Source of the DNA: a virus | Taxonomy: Duplodnaviria > Caudoviricetes | Virus record (IMG/VR): IMGVR_UViG_3300044641_007277 | Location: 1,666 to 65,665 of that record | Direction: 5' to 3' (one strand) | DNA length: 64,000 nt | In this document: one piece after another, positions 46,621 to 57,300 of the stretch | Layout of the letters: every line of letters starts with the position of its first letter | Position numbering within the stretch: position 1 is the stretch's first letter | Position numbers and translations under genes: made by a program | Notes under the pieces: generated by a model | Told to the model about the DNA's origin: nothing | The model's database searches: none | The model's input: the letters and a program-made list of their open reading frames with translations, nothing else

Positions 46621-46909
46621 ATTGGAATCCATTAATTAGCGTATTTTTATCTTGCATTCCTTGCATCCTATTGACTATCTCACCATTTCTAAAAAATATT
46701 AGAGTTGGAATACTTCTAATACTATTCTGAACAGCAAGTTCTTGATTTTCATCTACATCAATTTTTATTACCTTAATATCTGTAGTTTCCTCAATTTCCG
46801 CTAAAATAGGATTTAAAATTCTACAAGGACCACACCATGTTGCATTAAAATCAACAATAACTTTTTCATTATTTTTGATTTCTTCCATAGATTCAAGGGA
46901 CATTTCCAT
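46619..46909 (-). CDS. trxA: Thioredoxin
   Basis: VDFNATWCGPC, KIDVD, IRSIPTL. Confidence 0.95.
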   Translation of the reverse strand: MEMSLESMEEIKNNEKVIVDFNATWCGPCRILNPILAEIEETTDIKVIKIDVDENQELAVQNSIRSIPTLIFFRNGEIVNRMQGMQDKNTLINGFQ

Positions 46910-46920
46910 TCTATTTACCT

Positions 46921-47238
46921 TTATTTGATAATTAATTTTTTGTAAGAACTTTTATCTAATGATTCAATAATATCAAAATTCCATGAATTATCAATATATT
47001 TTATTATTTCATCGTTGTATGCAAACCATTCTCCTCTAATACGATACTGAGAAAAATGCTCATGGATTTGATTCTCTGTTTGCCTATCTCCATATATCAC
47101 ACCCAAAATTTTCAGTTCATTTGGGCTTCCTATTTGTAATTGAATAATTCTCTTTTTTAAGTTATTTAAGGTACTATATCCTATTTTAACAGCATTAGAA
47201 TTAGTGTCTAAAATGAAGTATATTATATCTTCATTCAT
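46921..47238 (-). CDS. GIY-YIG superfamily T5orf172/MUG113-like domain protein
   Basis: IYFI, VKIGYS, RIIQLQ.GSP, E..IH..F...RIRGEWF. Confidence 0.85.
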   Translation of the reverse strand: MNEDIIYFILDTNSNAVKIGYSTLNNLKKRIIQLQIGSPNELKILGVIYGDRQTENQIHEHFSQYRIRGEWFAYNDEIIKYIDNSWNFDIIESLDKSSYKKLIIK

Positions 47239-47279
47239 TTTTATAGATTTATTTTCAAATCTATATATTCACTTAATTT

Positions 47280-47921
47280 TTAGTTTGTAATTTTCTTTTC
47301 CCAAACCATAAAATTTACATCAAATCTCCTTGGATATGGATGTTCAGCAACAAGATTGAATTTTTTTGAGATCATTTCATTGATATTAATACCATCATCT
47401 TCCCAATAAATAAGACCTGCGTTTTTATCATCTATCCCAACTGGAATAAATCTCTTATTTTCATTAACAGTAATAAATTTACCATCATTCTTTAATGAAT
47501 CGTAGATGAAATCAATATCTTCTTCTGGAGTTGGACTATGTTGCAAAACATAAATTGATAGAATTGTATCGAATTTTTGGAAAAAGTTAATTTTTTCATC
47601 CTCTGTTAAAGGTGTTGAAATTGGTATAAACTTTTTACTTGCAACGAATTGAGTTGCTGCTTGGAGCATAGGCAAACTAAAATCAAAACCATAACAAGTA
47701 CATCCTAAAGTGCTTATAAGCCCCTTTGATATTCTTCCTACTCCACAACCAAAATCTCCAATTACAGCATCATTAAATGCATATACATTATCTATGAAAA
47801 GTTTTACAGTTGCTTGAGTTTCCATATCAAATTTGTAGGAAACTCCTGGTTCTGGTGAAAGACAAATTTCTTTAGCATGACCAATATCTCTTGGGTAAAA
47901 CGCTTCTTTAATGTAATTCAT
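47280..47921 (-). CDS. Class I SAM-dependent methyltransferase
   Basis: DFGCGVGR, GFDFSLPML, FD..LSIYVLQH, LKNDGKF. Confidence 0.9.
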   Translation of the reverse strand: MNYIKEAFYPRDIGHAKEICLSPEPGVSYKFDMETQATVKLFIDNVYAFNDAVIGDFGCGVGRISKGLISTLGCTCYGFDFSLPMLQAATQFVASKKFIPISTPLTEDEKINFFQKFDTILSIYVLQHSPTPEEDIDFIYDSLKNDGKFITVNENKRFIPVGIDDKNAGLIYWEDDGININEMISKKFNLVAEHPYPRRFDVNFMVWEKKITN

Positions 47922-47925
47922 AAAA

Positions 47926-48936
47926 TTATCCTTTACTAAATTCTTCCGCTAAGGTAGTTAGTTCTTCTCTTATTTTTTGAAATGGAACATCCCATTCACC
48001 ATATTTGACTTGTCTAAATAATTTAACAGAATCATACCATTTTGAAGTTTCTTCAGGAACTGCCCATGTATAATATGGCATAACTGGTGTAACAATCCAT
48101 GTAGGAATTCCCATAGCTCCTGCCAAATGTGCTATAGAAGTACAAGAAGTTATTACTAAATCAAGACTAGCTATTATATTTGCTGTATCTTCCCAAGATT
48201 TTAAAGAATCTCTTAAATCTGAAAAAGGTAAGCCATCTATACAATTTTCATCTCTTTGAAGAGAATAAAATGTTGTATTTGGAACATCGTGCAAATTAAT
48301 CATTAATTCAGGTGGGAATCTTCTATGTTGTTCATCTTCAAATTTAGGATTACCACTCCAACGTATTCCAACCTTTAAGGTATTTGTTTTTGCATAGAGT
48401 TTTGTTGGGCTTTGGGGGATTATAAAAGGTGATCCATCTAAATCATCATATTCCATATTTAATAGAAACGGAGAAGACATAGCTGGAACCCAATAATCAT
48501 AATGAGCACCCATAACAATTTCATTATCTACACAAATATATCCATGTCTAGAAAATAACTCTTTTAATTCAGGGGCGCATGATACAAGAACTCTCGCTCC
48601 CATATCTATAAATCTTTTAGCGAAACGAAAATTTGCTATTTGATCTCCAAATCCACCTTCACACCTAAAAAGAAGGGTTTTATTATCTAATGACTCATCT
48701 TTCCAAATTTGTCCTGGTACTGCTGGTAAACCGAATACATCAATATATCTGCCATAATTAAAATGTTCAAATGCCTTTTTCATATTTCTATGACGCATTT
48801 CATGCCAACCTAAATTAAAAAGGACTCTTAAATCATCTTGAGGTTGATTACGAAGTATGTCTTCACTAATTTCTGGGAATCCATTTTTAGAAGCACTTAA
48901 TGCCATATCTAATGGATGTATAGTTTGTTTTTGCAT
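47926..48936 (-). CDS. TPR-fragment plus GT9/heptosyltransferase-like (GT-B) glycosyltransferase
   Basis: EGGFGDQI...RF, DYWVPAMS, VGIRWSGNP, FYSLQ, DTANII..LDLVITSCTSIAHLAGAMG, WYDSVKLFRQ. Confidence 0.82.
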   Translation of the reverse strand: MQKQTIHPLDMALSASKNGFPEISEDILRNQPQDDLRVLFNLGWHEMRHRNMKKAFEHFNYGRYIDVFGLPAVPGQIWKDESLDNKTLLFRCEGGFGDQIANFRFAKRFIDMGARVLVSCAPELKELFSRHGYICVDNEIVMGAHYDYWVPAMSSPFLLNMEYDDLDGSPFIIPQSPTKLYAKTNTLKVGIRWSGNPKFEDEQHRRFPPELMINLHDVPNTTFYSLQRDENCIDGLPFSDLRDSLKSWEDTANIIASLDLVITSCTSIAHLAGAMGIPTWIVTPVMPYYTWAVPEETSKWYDSVKLFRQVKYGEWDVPFQKIREELTTLAEEFSKG

Positions 48937-48965
48937 AATGTTATAAATAATAAATATAATAATAC

Positions 48966-48994
48966 ATTATATCAAATATACAAATTTTGTTCTT
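48966..48994 (-). promoter_or_regulatory. Putative promoter AAC-N17-TATAAT upstream of GT9-like gene
   Basis: AAGAACAAAATTTGTATATTTGATATAAT; similar to 10911-10940. Confidence 0.45.
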
Positions 48995-48995
48995 A

Positions 48996-51900
48996 TTAAC
49001 TTGAAATAAAGATACTATGTGAATTACCTACGCTAACATGCTTCCAATTTGTAAGCGTTCCTATTTGAACGGGGGATGATAATGTTGTTACGCCACCATT
49101 ACCCAGTTGCCCTGAAGTATTTAATCCCCAGCCCCATAATGTACCATCGGTTTTAATTGCCATAGTATGACTATTATTTGCAGAAACACTTTGCCAATTT
49201 GTGAGTGTTCCTATTTGAACTGGGGATGATAAATTTGAAAGCCCACCTGTACCTAATTGTCCAGACCCATTAAACCCCCAGCCCCATAGGGTACCATTTG
49301 TCTTTATAGCCATTGTATATAATTGACCACAAGAAACACTTTGCCAGTCTGTAAGTAAACCTACTTGCGTTGGATTTAAAAGAAGTGAAGATGCCCCTAA
49401 TCCAAGCTGACCAAGATTATTTTGACCCCAACCCCATAGAGTCCCATCTGTTCTAATTGCCATAGTATGATTAGCACCTCCGCCACCTCCAGCTGAAACA
49501 CTTTGCCAATTTGTAAGCGTTCCTATTTGAACTGGAGATGATGAATTTGAAACCCCACCTGTACCTAATTGTCCTGATCCACCAAAACCCCAGCCCCATA
49601 GGGTACCATTTGTTCTTATTGCCATTGTATGTGTATCCCCTGTTGAAACACTTTGCCATATTGTCACTGTACCTACTTGAACTGGAGATGAATATGATGT
49701 AGTATTATTCGTTCCTAACCTACCTGATCCATTAGACCCCCAGCCCCATAGGGTACCGTCGGTTCTTATAGCCATAGAATGTTGAGAACTTGTAGATATT
49801 TTAGACCAACTTGTTAATGTACCTACTTGAGTAGGTGATGACCTTATAACTAAATCGTTTAGCCCTAATTGACCTGAACTATTTAAACCCCATGACCAAA
49901 GGGTACCATCCGTTTTAATAGCTAATGTATGTTCATTACCTGCATATATAGATGACCAATCTGTTAATGTTCCAACTTGAACTGGGGATGACGTTAAAGT
50001 TCTTATATTACCTGTAAGTAATACATTATTACCAGTAGCATATATTTCATTAGATGTATTAATTGCTACAGTATGACTCCCAGCTGCAGATACATTCTGC
50101 CAATTAGTAGATGTTCCTATTTGAACTGGAGATGAAATTGAAGTGTTAGTTCCATCTCCTAATTGGAAAACAGAATTATCTCCCCAGCCCCATAGACTAC
50201 CATCGGTTTTTATTGCCATGGTATGTGATATTTTCGTTGAAACTTTTGACCAATCTGTTAGCGTTCCTATTTGAACTGGAGACGAGTAAGTTGTCTTATT
50301 TCCAGTTCCTAATTGTCCTGATGAATTTTCACCCCAGCCCCATAGGGTACCATCGGTTTTGACAGCCATTGTACTACTCAAATATGAAGAAGCAACTGAC
50401 CAATTTGTAAGTAAACCTATTTTACCAAGTATTGTATTATTTAAATCATCAGAACCTATTTCATTTATAGAATTACTACCCCATCCCCATAGAGTTCCAT
50501 CTACCTTAACTGCCATACTATGACTATCACCTGCTGAAACACTTTGCCAATTTGTAAGTGTTCCTATTTGTACTGGAGATGAATAAGTTGTGGTATCGCT
50601 TGTACCCAATCTACCTAAGAGATTATTACCCCATCCCCAAAGAGTCCCGTCTGTTTTAATTGCCATAGTACGACTATCATTAGATGATACTTTTGACCAA
50701 TTTGTAAGCGTTCCTATTTGAACTGGTAAAGAATATGTTGTAGTATTATTCGTTCCAAGTTGTCCTAATGAATTAAATCCCCAGCCCCATAGACTACCAT
50801 CTGTCTTTATAGCCATAGTGTGATTAGATGTTTCAGTAGCCGATACACTCTGCCAATTTGTAAGCGTTCCTATTTGAACGGGGGATGATACTGAATCTGT
50901 TGGTCTTCCTACATAAAAACCCGCAGTATAAATTTCATTAGATGTATTAATTGATACTACATTAAGATTACCAGTATCTATACTACTCCAATTTGTAAGC
51001 GTTCCTATTTGTACTGGGGAAGATACTGATGTTCCCATTAAACCTATAAAATCTCCTCCCCAACTCCATAGGGTACCATTTGTTTTAATAGCCATTGTAT
51101 AACTTTCACCTGCTGAAATACTTTGCCAATCTGTAAGCGTTCCTATTTGAACTGGAGATGATATTGATGTTAAACTACTATTTCCTAATTGTCCTAAACT
51201 GTTTAGACCCCATCCCCATAGGGTACCATCAGTTTTGATTGCCATTGTATGACGACTGCCTGTCGAAATATTTTGCCAATCATTAAGTGAACCGATTTGA
51301 ACTGGAGACGAATAATATGTTATATTTCCAGTTCCTAATTCCCCATAAAAATTACCACCCCATCCCCATAGAGTTCCATCTGTTTTTATAGCCATTGTAT
51401 AACTTAAACCCGCTGAAACATTTTGCCAATTTGTAAGCGTTCCTATTTGTACTGGAGATGAGTAAGTTGTTGTGTTTCCAGTTCCTAATTGTCCTACAGT
51501 GTTTTGACCCCAACCCCATAGACTACCATCTGTCTTTATAGACATTGTATAAAAATTTCCACCAGAAACACTCTGCCAATCTGTAAGTGTTCCTATTTGA
51601 ACTGGAGATGATATTGATGTTAAACTACTATTTCCTAATTGTCCTAAACTGTTTAGACCCCATCCCCAAAGTGTACCATTGGTTTTAATAGCCATTGTAT
51701 GACTAATACCAGCATAAACATTCTGCCAATCTGAAAGTGCTCCTATTTGAACTGGAGACGAATAAGTTGTTGTGTTTTCAGTTCCTAATTCTCCTGATGT
51801 ATTGTTACCCCATCCCCATAGAGTTCCATCTGTTTTTATAGCTAATGTGTGTGTAGATCTCCTCGAAGAAGCACTTAACCATGTTGTTAGAGTCCCAACT

Positions 51901-53216
51901 TGAATTAATAAAGTGCCTAATAAAGTCTCGGAACCAAGTTTACCCGAAGCGTTACTCCCCCATCCCCATAGAGTTCCGTCTGTTTTTATAGCCATACTAT
52001 AAAATTGACCACAGGAAACACTTTGCCAATTTGTTAGTAAACCTATTTGAACTGGAGACGAATAAGTTGTTGTGTTTCCAGTTCCTAATTGTCCTGATGA
52101 ATTTTCACCCCAGCCCCATAGGGTACCATCGGTTTTTATAGAAATAGTATGGTTAGTTCCACCTGAAACACTTTGCCAATTTGTTAGTAAACCTATTTGA
52201 ATAGGAGATGAGTATGTTGTAGTATTATTCGTTCCTAATTGTCCTGATGCATTTAAGCCCCAGCCCCATAGGGTACCATTTGTTCTTATTGCCATTGTAT
52301 AATTATTACCTGCTGATATACTCTGCCAATTTGTAAGCGTTCCTATTTGAACTGGGGATGATATTGATGTTAAACTACTATTTCCTAATTGTCCTGATGT
52401 ATTTAATCCCCAACCCCAAAGAGTACCATTTGTTCTTATTGCCATCGTATAACTTCTACCCGCTGAAACACTTTGCCATATTGTTACTGTTCCTACTTGA
52501 ACTGGAGAGCTTGTAGATGTAGTAGGTCTACCTATGAGATTAGATGCACCAGCACTATAAATTTCATTTAGTGTATTAATCGCAATAGTATAATTAGTTC
52601 CTAAAGCTACGCTTCTCCAATTTGTAGAACCTCCTATTTGAACTGGAGACGATATTGATACTATGGTACCTCTACCTAATTGACCTGATGTGTTTAGCCC
52701 CCATCCCCAAAGGGTTCCATTAGTTTTTATAGCCATTGTATGACTAACACCAGCATAAACATTCTGCCAGTCCGTTAATACACCTACTTGAATCGGAGAA
52801 GATGTTGATGTAGTATTACTCCTCCCTTGTTTACCAGCCGTATTACTACCCCAAGCCCAAAGAGTACCATTAGTTCTTATAGCCATTGTATAATCTGCCC
52901 CAGCTGAAACACTTTGCCATCCAGTAAGCGCACCTATCTGGATTGGAGAAGAAGGGCTTACAAATCTATTATTATTTCCCAACTGACCGCTACTATTTGT
53001 ACCCCATCCCCATAGTGTACCATTAGTTTTAATAGACATTGTAAATTGATTACCAGCCGAAACACTTTGCCAATTTGAAAGATTATCTATTTTTGATAAT
53101 TTAACCATTATGGTTTCATCACCCTTTTGTCCATATAAGCTTGAACCTGTTGTAGAGAGATATTTATTTATTATTTCAACTATTTTTCTGGCTTGAATTA
53201 TAATATCCTTTATCAT
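48996..53216 (-). CDS. RCC1/BLIP-II repeat multi-propeller protein; probable receptor-binding/adhesin
   Basis: 1406 aa of ~50-aa repeats: AIKTDGTLWGWG.N..GQLG......SSPVQIGTLTNWQSVSAG. Confidence 0.92.
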   Translation of the reverse strand: MIKDIIIQARKIVEIINKYLSTTGSSLYGQKGDETIMVKLSKIDNLSNWQSVSAGNQFTMSIKTNGTLWGWGTNSSGQLGNNNRFVSPSSPIQIGALTGWQSVSAGADYTMAIRTNGTLWAWGSNTAGKQGRSNTTSTSSPIQVGVLTDWQNVYAGVSHTMAIKTNGTLWGWGLNTSGQLGRGTIVSISSPVQIGGSTNWRSVALGTNYTIAINTLNEIYSAGASNLIGRPTTSTSSPVQVGTVTIWQSVSAGRSYTMAIRTNGTLWGWGLNTSGQLGNSSLTSISSPVQIGTLTNWQSISAGNNYTMAIRTNGTLWGWGLNASGQLGTNNTTTYSSPIQIGLLTNWQSVSGGTNHTISIKTDGTLWGWGENSSGQLGTGNTTTYSSPVQIGLLTNWQSVSCGQFYSMAIKTDGTLWGWGSNASGKLGSETLLGTLLIQVGTLTTWLSASSRRSTHTLAIKTDGTLWGWGNNTSGELGTENTTTYSSPVQIGALSDWQNVYAGISHTMAIKTNGTLWGWGLNSLGQLGNSSLTSISSPVQIGTLTDWQSVSGGNFYTMSIKTDGSLWGWGQNTVGQLGTGNTTTYSSPVQIGTLTNWQNVSAGLSYTMAIKTDGTLWGWGGNFYGELGTGNITYYSSPVQIGSLNDWQNISTGSRHTMAIKTDGTLWGWGLNSLGQLGNSSLTSISSPVQIGTLTDWQSISAGESYTMAIKTNGTLWSWGGDFIGLMGTSVSSPVQIGTLTNWSSIDTGNLNVVSINTSNEIYTAGFYVGRPTDSVSSPVQIGTLTNWQSVSATETSNHTMAIKTDGSLWGWGFNSLGQLGTNNTTTYSLPVQIGTLTNWSKVSSNDSRTMAIKTDGTLWGWGNNLLGRLGTSDTTTYSSPVQIGTLTNWQSVSAGDSHSMAVKVDGTLWGWGSNSINEIGSDDLNNTILGKIGLLTNWSVASSYLSSTMAVKTDGTLWGWGENSSGQLGTGNKTTYSSPVQIGTLTDWSKVSTKISHTMAIKTDGSLWGWGDNSVFQLGDGTNTSISSPVQIGTSTNWQNVSAAGSHTVAINTSNEIYATGNNVLLTGNIRTLTSSPVQVGTLTDWSSIYAGNEHTLAIKTDGTLWSWGLNSSGQLGLNDLVIRSSPTQVGTLTSWSKISTSSQHSMAIRTDGTLWGWGSNGSGRLGTNNTTSYSSPVQVGTVTIWQSVSTGDTHTMAIRTNGTLWGWGFGGSGQLGTGGVSNSSSPVQIGTLTNWQSVSAGGGGGANHTMAIRTDGTLWGWGQNNLGQLGLGASSLLLNPTQVGLLTDWQSVSCGQLYTMAIKTNGTLWGWGFNGSGQLGTGGLSNLSSPVQIGTLTNWQSVSANNSHTMAIKTDGTLWGWGLNTSGQLGNGGVTTLSSPVQIGTLTNWKHVSVGNSHSIFISS

Positions 53217-53234
53217 AAATAAGTAACCTTATAT

Positions 53235-53684
53235 TTATAATGGTTCACTTGGCCATATAACATGATCAGGTGAATCATAATTCGTTACATCTCTTAATTC
53301 CTGACGATAAGTCTTCCATTCTAATCTCTTCTCCTCACTTAAAGGAGAGTCTGAAAGTTGAGTCCAATCACATTCAAATAATAACCTATTACGCTTTTCT
53401 CTGATTTCTCTCCATTTCTGCTCAGTCTCCTCTTGTATTTCTTGTTCCGTTTTAGGTCTTCTTGTTTGATATTCAACAACTTCATCTTCATTTATCTCAA
53501 AATAAGAACCGCTAATCACAGAATTATCTATATTAGGAGCTTCAACGAATCTAAAAGGATACCACCCATATTCTTTTAATGTTTGATTATCAAATAAATA
53601 AAAATTAGAGAAGTTTTCCCAATTTTTAGGCAAATCTCTGTTATAATCTACAACTTGATTATTTTCTACTCTTGCGTATTTCAT
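53235..53684 (-). CDS. Tail fibre assembly chaperone
   Basis: W..IR..RN.LL.ECDWTQL.DSP...W..YRQELRDVT...WP..P. Confidence 0.88.
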   Translation of the reverse strand: MKYARVENNQVVDYNRDLPKNWENFSNFYLFDNQTLKEYGWYPFRFVEAPNIDNSVISGSYFEINEDEVVEYQTRRPKTEQEIQEETEQKWREIREKRNRLLFECDWTQLSDSPLSEEKRLEWKTYRQELRDVTNYDSPDHVIWPSEPL

Positions 53685-53690
53685 ACTACA

Positions 53691-54062
53691 TTATATATTT
53701 TGACCACCAACAAAACCGTACCAGTTCGTTCCACCATCTGTTGTTACAAAAGAAAATACATCTCGTTTTCCATTTGTACTTGTTAAAGTAGGTGCAGTAC
53801 CACTTGGCCATTTGATTGCAGGTGCCCACGCTACACCTCTTGCTGTCCCATCTGCTGTAAAAATCAAACTAAAATTAGCAGCAAAGGAACTTGATGGAAC
53901 ATTTGTAATAGTCATAATTGTAATATTAGCATTCAAACTCACATTAAAAACATTACCATTAGACAAATTCAATGTAAGTTGTCCAGTTGATATAGTAGGA
54001 GAAGTATAAATCTCTTTATAATTCTTTAATGTTCCTTTATCTATCGTTACTAAAAATTCCAT
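53691..54062 (-). CDS. Stand-alone fibre-tip/adaptor domain protein
   Basis: LNLSNGNVF...IKWPSGTAPTLT...DVFSFVTTDGGTNWYG, a motif usually seen at fibre C-termini. Confidence 0.7.
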   Translation of the reverse strand: MEFLVTIDKGTLKNYKEIYTSPTISTGQLTLNLSNGNVFNVSLNANITIMTITNVPSSSFAANFSLIFTADGTARGVAWAPAIKWPSGTAPTLTSTNGKRDVFSFVTTDGGTNWYGFVGGQNI

Positions 54063-54081
54063 TTTAAAACATTATTTTTAC

Positions 54082-54342
54082 TTAGTTTGTAGGGTTCATT
54101 ATATGAATTATATAGTTCTTATCAGATGTAGGAATCGCTGCGAATGTTACAGTCACCGTATCGGCAGATGCTGCATCTATATCTACCATAATTTGTTCTA
54201 AAGTATCTTCATCCCATACCTGAACAATTAAAAATTGCCAACCAAGATTATGCGTAATAGTAAAAGTAGAATTTATACCATCAGCATCAAACCTTTGTCT
54301 ATAATGACCTATTCCACTACTTGTTGTTACTATTCCTGCCAT
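54082..54342 (-). CDS. Small fibre-associated beta protein (ITHNLG motif)
   Basis: FTITHNLG...VQVWD...TVTVTF. Confidence 0.7.
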   Translation of the reverse strand: MAGIVTTSSGIGHYRQRFDADGINSTFTITHNLGWQFLIVQVWDEDTLEQIMVDIDAASADTVTVTFAAIPTSDKNYIIHIMNPTN

Positions 54343-54356
54343 ATCTTACTTTAATT

Positions 54357-57300
54357 TTATACTACTCTAAATTGTCCACTTGAACTTACAACAACCCAAG
54401 TTGTATTTGTTACTATACATACAATCTCAATAGCACCATGTGATGTTATTCTTTCTATATATCCACCTGTACCAAGTGTTGTAGGTAAGGATTGGAATTG
54501 TATTTGCTGACCTGCATTTTGAGCAATTTTATACCCAAGTCCACTTATATCAACAATCCTAAATGAATTACCTACACTTGCTGTTGAAGGCAAAGTAAAT
54601 GTCAATTGACTTGCAGCAGTAAGAGAATCTGAAATATAATTTGTATTTGCTACTATTGTAGTATTCGTAGTTACAGCAATCCATCCACTACTTCCTCCAG
54701 ATGGACCTTGATTACCTTGAACACCTAATATACCTTGGATACCTTGAACTCCTTGAGTTCCCTGATTGCCTTGGTTGCCTTGAGCTCCAACATTACCTTG
54801 GTTGCCTTGAGCACCTTGCGTTCCTTGAACGCCTTGATCGCCCTGAGTACCTTGATTACCTTGTGTACCTTGATTACCTTGGTTGCCTTGAGCACCTTGG
54901 GTTCCTTGAACGCCTTGATCGCCCTGAGTACCTTGATTACCTTGTGTACCTTGGGTTCCTTGAGTTCCTTGTGGACCCTGAGTACCTTGATTTCCTTGGT
55001 TACCTTGAGTTCCTTGAGTACCTTGGTTACCTTGATTACCCTGAGCACCAACATTGCCTTGATTTCCTTGGTTGCCTTGATTACCCTGAGCACCAACATT
55101 GCCTTGATTTCCTTGGTTGCCTTGTCTTCCTTGAACTCCTTGAGTTCCTTGAGTACCTTGCACACCTTGAGTGCCTTGGTTACCTTGGTTTCCTTGATTA
55201 CCTTGTCTACCCTGAGTACCTTGAACTCCTTGAGTACCTTGGTTACCTTGGTTTCCTTGATTTCCTTGGTTGCCCTGAGCACCAACATTGCCTTGATTAC
55301 CTTGATTACCCTGAGCACCAACATTGCCTTGAGTACCCTGTGTCCCTTGGACTCCTTGATTACCTTGGGTTCCCTGAGTTCCTTGAGTACCTTGATTACC
55401 TTGATTACCCTGAGCACCAACATTGCCTTGATTACCTTGGTTTCCTTGATTACCTTGGGTTCCCTGAGTTCCTTGAGTACCTTGATTACCTTGGGTTCCC
55501 TGAGTTCCTTGAGTACCTTGAGTACCTTGAGTACCCTGAGCACCAACATTGCCTTGATTCCCTTGGTTTCCTTGATTACCTTGAGTACCTTGAGTTCCTT
55601 GCACACCTTGAGTACCTTGGTTTCCTTGGTTACCTTGTCTACCCTGTACACCCTGTACACCCTGTACACCCTGTACACCCTGTGTACCCTGAGTTCCTTG
55701 GTTACCTTGAGTTCCTTGAACACCTTGCGTTCCTTGCGTTCCTTGCGTTCCTTGATTTCCTTGATTTCCTTGGTTACCCTGAGTTCCTTGAACACCTTGC
55801 GTTCCTTGGTTACCTTGTCTACCCTGTACACCCTGTACACCCTGTACACCCTGTGTACCCTGAGTTCCTTGGTTACCTTGAGTACCTTGAACACCTTGCG
55901 TTCCTTGGTTACCTTGGTTACCTTGCACTCCTTGATTTCCTTGATTTCCTTGGTTACCCTGAGTTCCTTGTGTACCTTGATTACCTTGGTTTCCTTGATT
56001 GCCCTGAGTACCTTGAGTACCTTGAGTCCCTTGTGTACCTTGAACACCTTGAGTACCTTGAACACCTTGCGTTCCTTGGTTACCTTGGTTACCTTGCACT
56101 CCTTGAGTACCCTGAGTACCTTGCACTCCTTGAGTCCCTTGAGTACCTTGCACTCCTTGAGTACCCTGAGCTCCTTGAGTACCTTGCACTCCTTGAGTAC
56201 CTTGATTCCCTTGGTTGCCCTGATTACCCTGGGTTCCTTGAACACCTTGAGTACCTTGGTTTCCTTGGTTTCCTTGGTTACCTTGGTTGCCTTGAGTACC
56301 TTGGGTTCCTTGAACACCTTGAGTTCCTTGATTACCTTGATTGCCTTGGTTGCCTTGATTACCTTGGGTTCCTTGGGTTCCTTGAATCCCCTGAGTACCT
56401 TGAGCACCTTGGGTTCCTTGGTTACCTTGGTTACCTTGAGTACCTTGGGTTCCTTGAACACCTTGAGTTCCTTGATTGCCTTGGTTGCCTTGATTACCTT
56501 GATTACCTTGATTGCCTTGATTGCCCTGTACACCTTGAGTACCTTGGTTGCCCTGAGTACCTTGAACTCCTTGATTACCCTGATTACCTTGGTTACCTTG
56601 ATTACCCTGAGCACCTTGAGTGCCCTGTACACCTTGAGTGCCTTGATTACCTTGGTTACCCTGAGTACCTTGAACTCCTTGAGTTCCCTGATTACCCTGA
56701 TTACCTTGGTTACCTTGGGTTCCCTGAGTGCCTTGAACTCCTTGAGTTCCCTGATTACCCTGATTACCTTGGTTACCTTGAGTTCCCTGAGTGCCTTGAA
56801 CTCCTTGAGTTCCCTGATTACCTTGGTTGCCCTGGGTTCCTTGAACTCCTTGAACTCCTTGAATTCCTTGTGTACCCTGACTTCCCTGGTTACCTTGTGG
56901 ACCTTGAGTACCTGTTGGACCTAAAGTTGTAACTACATAAGAATAATGTATAGTACCTTCGGTATAAAATGTAACACTTCTATTTTGATTATCTAAATTA
57001 TTCAGATATAAATTAAGTATTAACCTATCTGTTAAATTTAGAGAAGCAGTTGTTGCTACGGCATTTGCCTTTACTTCAACTGGTGTAGTATTATTTACTG
57101 ACCATCCAATAGCAACTGCATCCGAAGTAAACAACAATGTAGTAGTTGCTCCATCATATTTAGATACAGTAAAGTAATACTCTAAATCATCATTTTCAGT
57201 ATTTTTAGTCCAATAGATATAAGCGTGCCAAAGACCATTTGGAATCAAAATAACATTCGGATCCCCAGAATTTGTGATCCAGCCTGAATCAACAAGAACA

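Noticed and set aside
46921-47238. Mobile homing endonuclease or intron
   Set aside because: 105-aa catalytic-type domain only, no DNA-binding repeats, and it does not interrupt a gene.
48996-53216. Diversity-generating retroelement TR/VR pair in the RCC1 gene
   Set aside because: All copies are in-frame coding blades, differences are not limited to adenines, and no reverse transcriptase is in the window.
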